Sequence record: DRR723986_5691
Direction: 5' to 3' (one strand)
Length of the DNA stretch: 64,000 bases
Part shown: positions 20,147-31,957 of the stretch, piece after piece
Numbering within the stretch: the stretch's first letter is position 1
Layout of the letters: each line of letters begins with the position of its first letter
Program-made: the position numbers and the translations under genes
The notes under the pieces: model-generated
Told to the model about the DNA's origin: nothing
The model's input: the letters and a program-made list of their open reading frames with translations, nothing else
The model's database searches: none

Positions 20147-20725
20147 TCAGATATACCTAAGCACAACAAATCCGCCGACCAGCAGCACCACAAATATGGT
20201 GAACATGAGACCAAGCCGCTTTTCGATGAAATCGCGGATCGGCGGGCCGAACAGATAGAGCAATCCGGCGACGACAAAGAACCGGATCCCCCGAGAAACA
20301 ATACTCGCGGCAATGAACACCGGCAGGCTGAGCCCCAGCGCACCGGAGGCAATGGTGATCACCTTGTAGGGAAACGGCGTCAGCCCCGCGATAAAGACGA
20401 ACCACCAGCCGTACTGATGATAGATGTCCTTGAACTCTTCGACGAACCCCATCTTGCCGTAGAAGGTCAGGATCGGCACCGCCACCTGTTCGAACAGGAA
20501 GAGGCCGATCAGATATCCCAGGATACCGCCAGCGACCGACGTCAGCGTGCACAGCAACGCGTACCACCAGGCTTTTTCGCGCCGGGCAATCACCATCGGG
20601 ATCAGCAGGATGTCCGGCGGGATCGGAAACACCGAGCTTTCGACAAAGGATACGGTGCCGAGTGCGGCAGGCGCACGCGGTCCGGCGGCAAGGGACAAGG
20701 TCCAGTCGTAGAGGCGTCTGATCAT
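20147..20725 (-). CDS. YqaA/DedA (SNARE-associated) membrane protein
   Basis: SFVESSVFPIPPD, GLTPFPYKV, SRGIRF. Confidence 0.87.
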   Translation of the reverse strand: MIRRLYDWTLSLAAGPRAPAALGTVSFVESSVFPIPPDILLIPMVIARREKAWWYALLCTLTSVAGGILGYLIGLFLFEQVAVPILTFYGKMGFVEEFKDIYHQYGWWFVFIAGLTPFPYKVITIASGALGLSLPVFIAASIVSRGIRFFVVAGLLYLFGPPIRDFIEKRLGLMFTIFVVLLVGGFVVLRYI

Positions 20726-20934
20726 GGCGCTTCCCTTAGCCGCTGCGCTGCAAAAAGTCACCTAGGGAAATGCGCGCCGCCAGCAGCACGTTGTCGCGTA
20801 GCCACTGGCACATACGATCCCATCCTGATGTGAGACCACCTCAAAACCGCGCATCGAGACGCAGGGCAGACTTTTCGCCCGTATCTGGTAGCATTGAAAC
20901 CTCGGCAGGTTTCGCACGACGTTGGGAGGGGGAC

Positions 20935-21612
20935 ATGAACGGAACGGCCTCAAGCATCGCCAGACTGGCACTGGTTCTCGCGATGAGCACGCCAGCTGCG
21001 GCAGTTGCCCAGCAGGTCGAACTGGAAGGATCGGTCAAGCTGACGCCTTTTGAAGCCCAGGGCGTAACCTTGTCGACGATCTACACGGTGGATGCGGAGT
21101 TCGCCGCAAAACACGATGTCGAGGTTCCCGTCCCGTTCAGCCTTGCCGCACCACGGCGCGAGGCACAGCAAATTCTAGCCCAGGCGAAACCGGCCGGCGG
21201 CGGTCCGATCAAGATCTACTTCACCACCGACGACGAAACCAAGCGCATCTACTCGTCCCTGCAGATCGTAACCTACACCATGAAGACCGATGACCCGCAA
21301 AAGCGCCTCGAGGTGGGCGACTATATTGCCATCGAGCTCTTGAAACAGCTCGGCACCACAGACGATACACGCCTGAATATCCGCCGCCAGATCACACTGG
21401 GCGATCTGCCTGCGTCCGAAATCGTCGGCAACTTCATCAACAAGGAAGGCGACCAGCTCCTCGTGCGGCTGGTCGCGCTGGCAAAGCCCGACAGCCAGAG
21501 AGGCATCGTCGGCATCGCAATCGGCCACCCGCGCCAGGGCCGCATCAAGAAAGTGGAAGACATCTATCAGACCAGCGCTTCCCTGGCCTTCGACACGGTG
21601 ACGCTGAAGTAG
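20935..21612 (+). CDS. Hypothetical exported protein
   Basis: GGAGGG RBS, signal peptide ending AVA|QQ, host-like codon usage. Confidence 0.7.
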   Translation: MNGTASSIARLALVLAMSTPAAAVAQQVELEGSVKLTPFEAQGVTLSTIYTVDAEFAAKHDVEVPVPFSLAAPRREAQQILAQAKPAGGGPIKIYFTTDDETKRIYSSLQIVTYTMKTDDPQKRLEVGDYIAIELLKQLGTTDDTRLNIRRQITLGDLPASEIVGNFINKEGDQLLVRLVALAKPDSQRGIVGIAIGHPRQGRIKKVEDIYQTSASLAFDTVTLK

Positions 21613-21688
21613 CTGGTTACCTGTGCGGGTGGGAGGCAAGCCTCGAACCACTCCGTCGCATTCCTGCAGCAATTCAAACCGCTGGAGA

Positions 21689-21773
21689 TGGTGCCCCCCG
21701 CCGGAATCGAACCGGCACTCCCGAAGGAACCGGATTTTGAATCCGGCGCGTCTACCAGTTCCGCCAGGGGGGC
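21689..21773 (-). tRNA. tRNA-Leu(CAA)
   Basis: GCCCCCC...GGGGGGC-ACCA acceptor stem, anticodon arm CCGGA-TTCAAAA-TCCGG, long variable arm, GGTTCGATT T-loop; 85 nt. Confidence 0.97.
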
Positions 21774-22029
21774 AATCCGGTATCGGATTGGGTGCCTATC
21801 ATGGGGCCTTGTCCGATGCAAGCGGTTCCAGCGCGCTGCGGCTTTCCGCCAGCAACTGCGGCTGGCGCTGCATTTGATCGAATTTGAGCTTCTCCCTTTA
21901 CGCTCCCTTAACCCTGGGCTGCGAATTCGCCTGCCACACAGCCTCAGAGGGTGAAATCCGGCGCATATTTAAGCTGTTTGCAACTGCTGCTCGCGCAAGT
22001 GGACAGTCAGACAAGTTTGGGAGAAACGG

Positions 22030-22524
22030 ATGACACTGGCTGGCGGCCTTCAAGAGGCGAAACGCACGAAAACTTCTGCTGTGAACGAAGCCGCTCGGCA
22101 CGGGCAGGCTTTCACACAGTCCTTCGTCGACAAATCACAGTTGATGCCAGCGCCGATCCGACCCGAATGGGTGCTTGAAGGCGACCCGAAAGCCATGTGC
22201 GCCGTCCTGGCCAGACACAAGTTCGGCTGGGGGGATGCCTGCCACTGGTCGTGCACTGCCGGCAAGTTTCGCTGGCACTACGGCTGGGATGAGTCGGTCA
22301 TGTTCCTGGAAGGTGAAGTCCGGATCACCGACGATGCCGGCCATGTCTATGAAGGCAAGCCCGGCGTGACCCTGTTTTTCCCGGCAGGCACCTCCGCCGT
22401 TTGGGAAGTGCCGACCTACATCCGCAAGCTCGCGTTCAATCAGAAGCCGGTTCCCTGGTATCTGCATTATCAGTCCCGCATCCTTGAGAGACTGAAAGGC
22501 GTCGGGAAGAAACTTTTCGGCTAA
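22030..22524 (+). CDS. Cupin domain protein (DUF861/cupin_3); start uncertain
   Basis: PIRPEWVLEGDP, WSCTAGKFRWHYGWDE, FFPAG. Confidence 0.8.
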   Translation: MTLAGGLQEAKRTKTSAVNEAARHGQAFTQSFVDKSQLMPAPIRPEWVLEGDPKAMCAVLARHKFGWGDACHWSCTAGKFRWHYGWDESVMFLEGEVRITDDAGHVYEGKPGVTLFFPAGTSAVWEVPTYIRKLAFNQKPVPWYLHYQSRILERLKGVGKKLFG

Positions 22525-22668
22525 AATTTCGGGCTCGCGTACCCGAACGAGGCCTTGAAAGAAAGACGCCTTGCGCCTTTCCAAAGGCGAATTTGTTAGC
22601 CTGCAAACAAAGGCGCAAATTGTGCGCTTTTTCTGGACAAGCAGAAATGGCTTGGCTAGAAATTCAGC

Positions 22669-24234
22669 ATGAGCAAATCAGGACGTGAAATCGAGCTTAA
22701 GCTCGAGCTGGAAACGACGGCACAGGACGCTTTGAAACGCGCCGGTTCCATAGACGGATTCACTGCCAGCCGCGCCGTGAACAAGACGTTGCAGTCGATC
22801 TATTTCGACACGCCGGACCAGGCGCTTCGCAAGGCCAGGATTTCCCTTCGCGTGCGCAAGTCCGGCAACAGCTGGGTTCAGACCGTCAAGCTCGGCACGG
22901 GCGTCATGGGCGGCCTGTCCTCGCCGGTGGAAGCCGAACATCCGGTCAAGGGCCGTGCGCTCGACTTTTCCGTCATCGAAGACCCCGCCGTCCACGACCG
23001 TCTTCTGGAAATCATCGGCGATGCCCCCCTGTCGGAGTGCTTTGAAACGGTGATGAAGCGCACCGTGCGCAATCTGACCCGGGACAGTGACGGCACCTTC
23101 ATCGAACTCGCCTTCGACAGCGGCAATATTCTGGCCGGCAGCGGCAGCCAGCCGCTGACCGAACTCGAAATGGAACTGAAGTCTGGTCCCAGCCTTGCCC
23201 TTTTCGAGGCGGCCAAGGCTCTTTTGAAAGACATCCCCTTCCGCTTTTCGCCCTATAGCAAGGCCGAGCGCGGGTACCGTTTTGCCGAGGGTACCGCGCC
23301 TGCGGAACGGGCACCCTATTTTGCCGAGATTGTTTCCTTCGACAGCGGCATCACCACCGAGCACGCCTTTCGCGACGTGCTGCGTTCTTGCCTGACCCAG
23401 ATTTCCGAAAACCGGCTTGCAGTCCTGTCGTCGGACGATCCGGAAGGCCCGCATCAGCTACGGGTGGGCCTGCGCCGCCTGCGCAGTGCGTTTCGCCTGT
23501 TCCGGCCAATCCTGAACCCGGCGACCATGGCACCGCTCGACAGGACGGCGAAGGTCATTGCCACCGAAGCCGGTTCCCTGCGGGATCTCGACGTCCTGGT
23601 AGATGAGATCGTTATGCCCCTGGTCGACAAGGCGCCCGGAACCCTGTCCTTTGACGCTCTTCTGGGAAATCTCAATGCCCTCCGGGACGAAAACACCCGC
23701 ACCACACTGACGGATCACCTGAAATCGGAAGAGGTCAACGGTTTCCTGCTCGACCTTGCAGCCTACACGGAAGGGCGCGGCTGGCTGGACCCGGAAAACT
23801 TCGGCCAGACGCAGCTTCTGGCCCAACCCGTGGAGACTCACGCCGGCGAAGCTCTTGCCAAGCAGTGGAAGAAGGTTCTGAAATACGGCAAGCGACTGGA
23901 AGAACTTACCGTTCCCGAACGCCACGAAATGCGCAAGGCGATGAAGAAGATGCGCTACGGCATCGAATTTTTCGGCTGCCTCTATCCGAAAGACACCGTG
24001 AAGCCCTTCCTGAAGCGGATGAAGAAGCTGCAGGATATCTTCGGCTATCTCAACGATGTCGCCATGGCCGAACAACTGCCGGTGAAATGCAAGGTCAGCG
24101 GGGCAAATGCCCTGGCAACCAACCAGGCCATCGGTTTTGTCATCGGCTGGCACGAGGCCCAGTGCCAGGCCATGTGGCAGCACGCCAAAGGGTATTGGCA
24201 AGCAACCCGGGAAACACCGAAATTCTGGACCTGA
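22669..24234 (+). CDS. CYTH + CHAD domain protein (YgiF-like inorganic triphosphatase)
   Basis: EIELKL, YFDTPD, SKAERGY (CYTH); HQLRVGLRRLRS, HEMRKAMKKMRY (CHAD). Confidence 0.9.
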   Translation: MSKSGREIELKLELETTAQDALKRAGSIDGFTASRAVNKTLQSIYFDTPDQALRKARISLRVRKSGNSWVQTVKLGTGVMGGLSSPVEAEHPVKGRALDFSVIEDPAVHDRLLEIIGDAPLSECFETVMKRTVRNLTRDSDGTFIELAFDSGNILAGSGSQPLTELEMELKSGPSLALFEAAKALLKDIPFRFSPYSKAERGYRFAEGTAPAERAPYFAEIVSFDSGITTEHAFRDVLRSCLTQISENRLAVLSSDDPEGPHQLRVGLRRLRSAFRLFRPILNPATMAPLDRTAKVIATEAGSLRDLDVLVDEIVMPLVDKAPGTLSFDALLGNLNALRDENTRTTLTDHLKSEEVNGFLLDLAAYTEGRGWLDPENFGQTQLLAQPVETHAGEALAKQWKKVLKYGKRLEELTVPERHEMRKAMKKMRYGIEFFGCLYPKDTVKPFLKRMKKLQDIFGYLNDVAMAEQLPVKCKVSGANALATNQAIGFVIGWHEAQCQAMWQHAKGYWQATRETPKFWT

Positions 24235-24240
24235 CGCTTA

Positions 24241-24981
24241 TCACCGGCCCGGTTCGATCGTCAGAATGTCCGGAAAGGAAACGGGGGCGAAGGCTCCGGT
24301 CAGTTTGAAGGTGGTCAGGTCTTCCTCGCGCGAGACCAGCTGGTCCTGACGGGCCAGCTCGGCGATGGTCTCCTTCAGGGTTTCGATCTCGCGCAGGATG
24401 AACGCCCCCGTGTCCGGCAACATGCGGCGGGAGAGCGTGAAGAACAGGGACTGATTGCCACCCGGATTGGCAATCACCTGCCCCAGGAAGCGCATGTTGA
24501 TTTCCTTCAGCAGCGGGATCAGCGGCCCGTCCGGACGGAACCTGAAGGGCTCCTTGCGCGTGATCTTGATGCGGTTGCCTGGATGCACTTCTGCCAGCCC
24601 CAACGCCTCCAGCACCCGGCCCAGTCGGAACATGTCCTCTCCCGAGAGATCAAAACGGCGCTCGATTTCCTGTTGCGGGATCGGCTCACGCAGCAGGATG
24701 AAGAGATAAAACAGCGACGGATCCGCAGCGAGCCGCGCTTCCGTTGCCACCGGCAGGACGCTTGCCTCTTCCGAATTCCGCTCTGCCCGATGCAATACAT
24801 CCGCCAGCGGCACCTCCAGAATTTCGCAGATCTCCAGCAACCGGCTTAGCTTGCAATCGTGCCCGGCGAAGATCCGCTTGACCGTCGGCTCCGATATTTC
24901 CATCCGGCTTGCGAGATCCGCATAGGTCATGCCACGTGCCTTCAGCACGCCCTGCAAGATCTTGAAGGTATCACCGCGCAT
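24241..24981 (-). CDS. XRE-family HTH transcriptional regulator
   Basis: LKARGMTYADLASRMEISEPTVKRIF HTH. Confidence 0.82.
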   Translation of the reverse strand: MRGDTFKILQGVLKARGMTYADLASRMEISEPTVKRIFAGHDCKLSRLLEICEILEVPLADVLHRAERNSEEASVLPVATEARLAADPSLFYLFILLREPIPQQEIERRFDLSGEDMFRLGRVLEALGLAEVHPGNRIKITRKEPFRFRPDGPLIPLLKEINMRFLGQVIANPGGNQSLFFTLSRRMLPDTGAFILREIETLKETIAELARQDQLVSREEDLTTFKLTGAFAPVSFPDILTIEPGR

Positions 24982-25009
24982 ATTCCTGATCCCGAATTCG
25001 ACAGTTTGA

Positions 25010-25026
25010 GTATCGTTTTTTGATAC
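25010..25026. promoter_or_regulatory. Possible operator in the divergent promoter
   Basis: GTATC-N7-GATAC inverted repeat. Confidence 0.35.
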
Positions 25027-25101
25027 CAGATCATCATCAATTGCAAGAAAAGTTCGCCTTCTGCAGGAGAGGTCCAGTTCAACTTTGCGAAAGGACGTCC
25101 C

Positions 25102-25947
25102 ATGCAGACCTTCAAACCCCTGGCCGCAGCGCTGCTGCTCGGCCTTTCAACGCTCCCCTCATCAGCCGGTTCACTCTGGTCAACGGACGGCTTCGACATG
25201 CCTGAATCCGTAGCCTTTGACGCCGCCGGCGACCGGCTCATCGTCAGTGTCATGGAAGGCGCGCCGAATGCGGTCGACGGCAACGGCCATCTGGCGCTTC
25301 TGTCCACGGACGGGAAAATCATAGATACCAAATGGGCAACCGGAATGGACGCTCCCAAGGGACTGGCGCTGATGAACGGCAAGGTCTTCGCGGCTGATCT
25401 CACCAGTCTGCGCGTTGTCAACGCCCAGACCGGCAAATTGCTGCAGTCATTGCCTGCAGAAGGCTCGGTTTTCCTGAACGATGTGACCACCAGCGGCGAC
25501 GAAATCTTCGTTTCCGACATGATGACGAACACCATCTGGCGCTACGCGGATGGCACTTTTGAAAAATGGCTGGAAACCCCTGAGCTCAATCACCCCAATG
25601 GCCTTTACTGGGACAACGGCCGCCTGCTTGTCGGGGCCTGGGGCAAGGGCCTAAAGAACGATTTCACCACTGAAGCACCCGGCAGCCTGCTTGCCATTGA
25701 TCCTGCCACCAAGGCTATCAGCGTCGTGGCGCGGGATATCGGCAACATCGACGGCATCGCACGACTGAACGGCAAGCTCGTCCTCAACGACTGGATCAAC
25801 GGCAAGGTCTTCGAGATTGGTTCTGACGGTACACCGAACGAGATCATGAGCGAACCCGCCGGCCTTGCCGATATTTCCACCCACGATGACGTCCTTTACC
25901 TGCCGCATATGCTGGAAGGCAGGATCGAGGCGGTCAGACTGGACTAG
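25102..25947 (+). CDS. Exported beta-propeller protein (SMP-30/gluconolactonase-like)
   Basis: Signal peptide; repeating PES, PKG, FLND, PNG, IDG, ADI blades. Confidence 0.78.
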   Translation: MQTFKPLAAALLLGLSTLPSSAGSLWSTDGFDMPESVAFDAAGDRLIVSVMEGAPNAVDGNGHLALLSTDGKIIDTKWATGMDAPKGLALMNGKVFAADLTSLRVVNAQTGKLLQSLPAEGSVFLNDVTTSGDEIFVSDMMTNTIWRYADGTFEKWLETPELNHPNGLYWDNGRLLVGAWGKGLKNDFTTEAPGSLLAIDPATKAISVVARDIGNIDGIARLNGKLVLNDWINGKVFEIGSDGTPNEIMSEPAGLADISTHDDVLYLPHMLEGRIEAVRLD

Positions 25948-26194
25948 CACCAGCCCCTGCAAACGCTTCATCGCACGGGTCATGCGGCAAAAACGGGTTG
26001 GGCATCACTTGCCCAACCCGCCCCCTTACCACCTTACAATGTGTGGCCTATCAATTCCTGATGTACGCACCTCAATTTGTGTTACCTTCCACGCAGATTG
26101 GCCCCAGCGTTCGGCAAGTCGAACGCTGGATCAGCCGCCGGGCGAAGACCGGCAGAGCAGGGTCACACAGGGATCAAGGTCGAGGGATAGCGTG

Positions 26195-26842
26195 ATGGAA
26201 GCCTACAAGATCAACCCGGAGTTCGTCATTTCGGATGAGGAAACGCTCCGGAGCCACTATTCCGAGCTATCGCCGCTGGCTGCAAAAAAGTGCCTGAGCG
26301 CGCTGGACAAGCATGCTCGGGACTTCATTGCCCGCTCGCCGTTTCTGTGCCTCGGCACACAGAACAAGGACGGCAAGGCGGATGTCAGCCCGCGTGGCGA
26401 TCCGGTCGGCTTCGTCAAGGTTCTCGACCCGCAAACGCTTGCCATTCCGGACCGTCCGGGAAACAACCGCCTCGACAGTCTGGCCAATATTGTCGCCAAC
26501 CCGAATGTCGGGCTTCTGTTCCTGGTTCCCGGATTTGACGAGACCTTGCGCGTCAACGGCATGGCAACGCTTGTAACCGATCCGGATCTTCTTCAAACCA
26601 TGAGCGTGAAGGACCGCGCGCCCAGGCTCGCCATTGTCGTGAAAGTGAGCGAGGTCTTCCTGCACTGCGCCAAGGCGTTCCGGCGCTCACACCTCTGGGA
26701 CCCCGAACACCAGCAGGACCGCAGCGAAATGCCGTCGCTTTCCAAGATCATCCTGGACCAGACGACCGGCGCGCCGGATGACGCGGAAATGCAGAAACTG
26801 GATGCGGCGCTGGAGGAGACCTACCGGAAAACGCTTTATTGA
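26195..26842 (+). CDS. Pyridoxamine 5'-phosphate oxidase-like FMN-binding protein (MSMEG_1061 type)
   Basis: DVSPRGD, IPDRPGNNR, ETLRVNG, HCAKAFRRS. Confidence 0.85.
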   Translation: MEAYKINPEFVISDEETLRSHYSELSPLAAKKCLSALDKHARDFIARSPFLCLGTQNKDGKADVSPRGDPVGFVKVLDPQTLAIPDRPGNNRLDSLANIVANPNVGLLFLVPGFDETLRVNGMATLVTDPDLLQTMSVKDRAPRLAIVVKVSEVFLHCAKAFRRSHLWDPEHQQDRSEMPSLSKIILDQTTGAPDDAEMQKLDAALEETYRKTLY

Positions 26843-26934
26843 GCGGATCCCGCACAGCGATTTCACCGGCAGAAGACAGACCGCAGAGGAGCGCTGACGC
26901 TCCCCTGCATCGCTTCATACCCTAAGCGGCAATC

Positions 26935-28332
<1,398 letters not shown>

Positions 28333-28365
28333 TTAGATTATGATATTCAATTGGATTGATATCTC

Positions 28366-29226
28366 ATGCCTGTTCTGGAAATCGCCTTGCTGCGCAGTTT
28401 CATGGAAGTCGCCCGCAGCGGCTCGATCAGCACCGCAGCGCGGCAGGTCGGGCGGACACAATCCGCCGTCAGCATGCAGATGAACCGGCTGGAGGCGATT
28501 GTCGGCCAGCAGATCCTGCGCCGCACACGCGGGGGTGTGGAACTGACGGCAGCAGGTGACAGGTTTCTGGTCCAGGCGGAACGCATTCTTGCCGTCCACG
28601 ACGAAGCACTTGCCACCCTGCCGGGGGCAGGCCTGCATGGTCTGATCAGTTTCGGCTGCCCGGAAGACTATCTGACCGCCTTCTTTCCCGATCTTCTGAA
28701 AGGGTTCGGCGCGCGGCATGGCGATGTCGAGATCGAGGTGGTCTGTGCCCCGACAACGGAATTGCACCTTCAGCTGCAGCGCAGGCGGATCGATCTTGCC
28801 CTGATTTCCGTTCCCGGCGAAGACGCATCCGCCCGCATCCTGAGGCCGGAAAGCTTTGTCTGGGTGGCCAATCGCCCCGACCCGGAGGTCCTGCGAAAGG
28901 ATGTTGTGCCGCTTGCGCTTTCGGCGCCGGACACATTGGACCATCGCGCCGCCCGCAGCGCCATGGACCAGGCAGGCAAGCCCTATCGCATCGCCTTTGC
29001 CAGCAATGGCCTCGCGGGCCTGCTGGCGATTGCCCGGTCCGGCCAGGCCATCAGTGTGGTGACCCGCTCCGCAGTGCCGCACGATCTCCACATCGTGGAG
29101 GCCGGCCTGCCACCACTTCCCGGCATCGGCGTCACGCTGGCCTATGCGTCGCCAAATCCCTCGGCTGCAACGCAGGCATTCGGGGAATTCGTGGCGGAGA
29201 AGCTGCGCAGTCCGGCGACGAGCTGA
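28366..29226 (+). CDS. LysR-family transcriptional regulator, divergent from dgdA
   Basis: N-terminal HTH AARQVGRTQSAVSMQMNRLE. Confidence 0.9.
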   Translation: MPVLEIALLRSFMEVARSGSISTAARQVGRTQSAVSMQMNRLEAIVGQQILRRTRGGVELTAAGDRFLVQAERILAVHDEALATLPGAGLHGLISFGCPEDYLTAFFPDLLKGFGARHGDVEIEVVCAPTTELHLQLQRRRIDLALISVPGEDASARILRPESFVWVANRPDPEVLRKDVVPLALSAPDTLDHRAARSAMDQAGKPYRIAFASNGLAGLLAIARSGQAISVVTRSAVPHDLHIVEAGLPPLPGIGVTLAYASPNPSAATQAFGEFVAEKLRSPATS

Positions 29227-29468
29227 CATCACAACACCGCGCCGGGCAATATCCGGTCCATTCGGCCGGCCTCTCGGCCCGGGTCGCCCGCATTTACCAA
29301 TTCCACCTGAAAGGCGTGCGGTTTTCAGATATACTTCCTAGAGTGGAATTGCATTCCGTTTCGTTCCTTATTGCCTTGCGGTCGCCCGTTGTCGCGAAAC
29401 CTCTATGCAGCGGTCCGTACCCCGCCATTTCACTGCATTGACCGGCCTTGAACCCATGGAGTGGTCTG

Positions 29469-31847
29469 ATGAAGAAACCCGGCATTTATTCAACTTTCTT
29501 GATGCTTCCGGCGATGGCCGCAGGTTGTCTTGCAATCGACAACGCCCTGGCAGCCGACGGCCCCATTGGAGCAGAGGATGGACAGGTTACCCTTCCCTAT
29601 GCGGAGCAGAAGTTTCGCGGTGATGTGGGCACGACCTATCTGAACGCAGCACCGGCCGAGTTTCCTGCGGCCGTATCAGCTCCCGAAGGAGCTCCCAACG
29701 TGCTCCTGATCCTGCTGGATGATGTCGGTTTCGGGCAGTTCTCCGCCACTGGCGGCGGAGTGCCGTCACCGGCGATGGACAAGCTTGCCGAGGAAGGCCT
29801 GACCTTCACCCGCTTTCACACAACAGCGCTTTGTTCCCCAACCCGGGCAGCACTGTTGACCGGGCGAAACCACAACGTTGCCGGCACCGGTGTCATCACC
29901 GAACTTGCCACAGGCTATGATGGCTATACCGGCATCATTCCGAAAGACACCGCCTCGGTTGCCGAGATCCTGCGCCAGAACGGCTATGCGACAGCCTGGA
30001 TCGGCAAGAACCACAACACGCCGATCTACGAGACAAGCGCGGCAGGCCCGTTCGACCGTTGGCCGAACGGCCTTGGCTTCGACTATTTCTACGGGTTCAT
30101 GGCTGGCGACACCAATCAGGTCCGTCCTTATCTTTTCGAGAACCAGACGCCGATCGGAACGCCGGACGGGGACGACTATTACCTCAGCACCGATCTCGCC
30201 GACCAGACGATCAACTGGCTGAAGACGCTGGAAGCCATTCAGCCAGGCAAACCCTGGTTCGCCTATCTGGCACCGGCTGCAACTCATGCGCCGCACCAGG
30301 CCCCCAAGGAGCTGATCGACACATTCAAGGGCAAGTTCGACATGGGTTGGGACGCTTATCGCGAGCAGACCTTCCAGCGCCAGAAGGACATGGGGATCAT
30401 TCCCGAAAACACCGAGCTGACCTCCCGCCCGGGCAGCCTGCCCGCCTGGGACAGCCTGAACGACGACCAGAAGAAGCTCTATACGCGGATGATGGAGGTC
30501 TTTGCCGCCTACGGCCAGCAGGTCGACCATGAAGTCGGACGCGTGCTCGACTATGTGGCCACATTGCCGGATGCCGAAAACACGATGATCATCTACATCG
30601 TCGGCGACAACGGGGCGTCCGCGGAAGGCGGCTTTGACGGCACCTTGAACGAGAATGCCTTCTTCAACGCCTATCTGATGACCACCGACGACATGCTGAG
30701 CCGGATGGACGAGATCGGCACGCAACTTCATTTCAACCACTTCCCGGCCGGCTGGGCCTGGGCGGTGGATGCGCCCTTCCAGTGGACGAAGCAGGTAGCA
30801 AGCCACCTGGGCGGCGTACGTAACCCGATGATCGTGAAATGGCCTGCCCGCTTCTCCGGACAAGGCGAAACGCGGACGCAGTTCCTGCATGTCATCGACA
30901 TTGCCCCGACCATCCTCGAAGCGGCCGGCATTCCAGAGCCGCGCAGCGTCAACGGAACAACCCAGACACCCATCCAGGGCAAGAGCTTCCTGAGCACGCT
31001 GGACGATGCCGGGGCCGAAGAAGTCCGAACCAGCCAGTATTTCGAGATGTTCGTGAACCGGGGCATCTACAAGGATGGCTGGTGGGCCGCTTCCCTGGCG
31101 TTCGAACCCTGGGATCCCGTGCGCGGCGCGTTCGATCCCTTCAAGGCCAAATGGGAGCTTTATGATCTCGATGAAGATTTCAGCCAGGCACGGGACATTG
31201 CTGCGGACAACCCGGACAAGCTTGAAGAGCTGAAAGCCCTCTGGTGGGCGGAAGCTTCCGCCAACAAGGCTCTGCCGCTGGACTGGCGCGGGGCTGAACG
31301 TTTCAGCGCGGAGGAAACCGGCAAGCCGAACCTTGCCGGCGATCGCACGAGCTTCACCTACGCGGGCGTTCTTGCAGGACTGCCGGAATCCTCGGCGCCA
31401 GACCTGAAGAACAAATCCTTCTCCGTAACCGCCCGCGTCAACATCGAGGACAACGCCAACGGCATGATCTTCACCCAGGGCGGGAACACCGGAGGCTGGG
31501 CGTTTTATCTCAAGGACGGCAAGCTGAAGGCGGCCCACAACTATATCGATGTTGCGGTCTATTCCGTTGAAAGCGATGGCACGGTTCCGGCCGGCGAGCG
31601 CGAGCTGAAGATGGACTTCACCTATGAGGGCGGCGAGGAAATGGGCAAGAGCGGCACCTTGACCCTTTCCGTCGACGGCAGCCCTGTCGGCACGGGTCAG
31701 ATCGCACAGACCACTCCGTTCAAATACTCGCTGTCGGAAAACCAGGATGTGGGAACAGACACCGGAACGGCGGTCACGACCGACTATCAGGCGCCATTCG
31801 ATTTTCAGGGAGAGCTTGAAGAGGTTGTCGTGGACCTGAAGAAATAG
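29469..31847 (+). CDS. Arylsulfatase (Cys-type, exported) with C-terminal beta-sandwich domain
   Basis: PNVLLILLDDVG, CSPTRAALLTGR, GKNH, THAPHQ, GDNG; signal peptide. Confidence 0.92.
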   Translation: MKKPGIYSTFLMLPAMAAGCLAIDNALAADGPIGAEDGQVTLPYAEQKFRGDVGTTYLNAAPAEFPAAVSAPEGAPNVLLILLDDVGFGQFSATGGGVPSPAMDKLAEEGLTFTRFHTTALCSPTRAALLTGRNHNVAGTGVITELATGYDGYTGIIPKDTASVAEILRQNGYATAWIGKNHNTPIYETSAAGPFDRWPNGLGFDYFYGFMAGDTNQVRPYLFENQTPIGTPDGDDYYLSTDLADQTINWLKTLEAIQPGKPWFAYLAPAATHAPHQAPKELIDTFKGKFDMGWDAYREQTFQRQKDMGIIPENTELTSRPGSLPAWDSLNDDQKKLYTRMMEVFAAYGQQVDHEVGRVLDYVATLPDAENTMIIYIVGDNGASAEGGFDGTLNENAFFNAYLMTTDDMLSRMDEIGTQLHFNHFPAGWAWAVDAPFQWTKQVASHLGGVRNPMIVKWPARFSGQGETRTQFLHVIDIAPTILEAAGIPEPRSVNGTTQTPIQGKSFLSTLDDAGAEEVRTSQYFEMFVNRGIYKDGWWAASLAFEPWDPVRGAFDPFKAKWELYDLDEDFSQARDIAADNPDKLEELKALWWAEASANKALPLDWRGAERFSAEETGKPNLAGDRTSFTYAGVLAGLPESSAPDLKNKSFSVTARVNIEDNANGMIFTQGGNTGGWAFYLKDGKLKAAHNYIDVAVYSVESDGTVPAGERELKMDFTYEGGEEMGKSGTLTLSVDGSPVGTGQIAQTTPFKYSLSENQDVGTDTGTAVTTDYQAPFDFQGELEEVVVDLKK

Positions 31848-31901
31848 CGTTTCGGCGGCTCCGACCGATTGTCATCAACATCCGGATACCAGGCCGGTGG
31901 G

Positions 31902-31957
31902 GATCAAGTGCCCGAGATCAAGCGCCAGGGATCAAGTGCCGGGGATCAAGCGCCGGG
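31902..31957. repeat. 14-bp tandem repeat, 4 copies
   Basis: GATCAAGTGCCCGA / GATCAAGCGCCAGG / GATCAAGTGCCGGG / GATCAAGCGCCGGG. Confidence 0.9.

Noticed and set aside
21689-21773. tRNA-Leu as an integration site for an island
   Set aside because: I found no duplicate of its 3' end and no integrase in the window, and flanking genes have host-like composition.
29766-31538. 590-aa minus-strand ORF
   Set aside because: Antisense shadow of the arylsulfatase, as expected in high-GC DNA.
29469-31847. Sulfatase with no adjacent formylglycine-generating enzyme
   Set aside because: Maturation enzymes commonly act in trans, so this is not unusual.
31902-31957. Possible mini-CRISPR array
   Set aside because: Units are 14 bp, directly adjacent, with no spacers and no cas genes.
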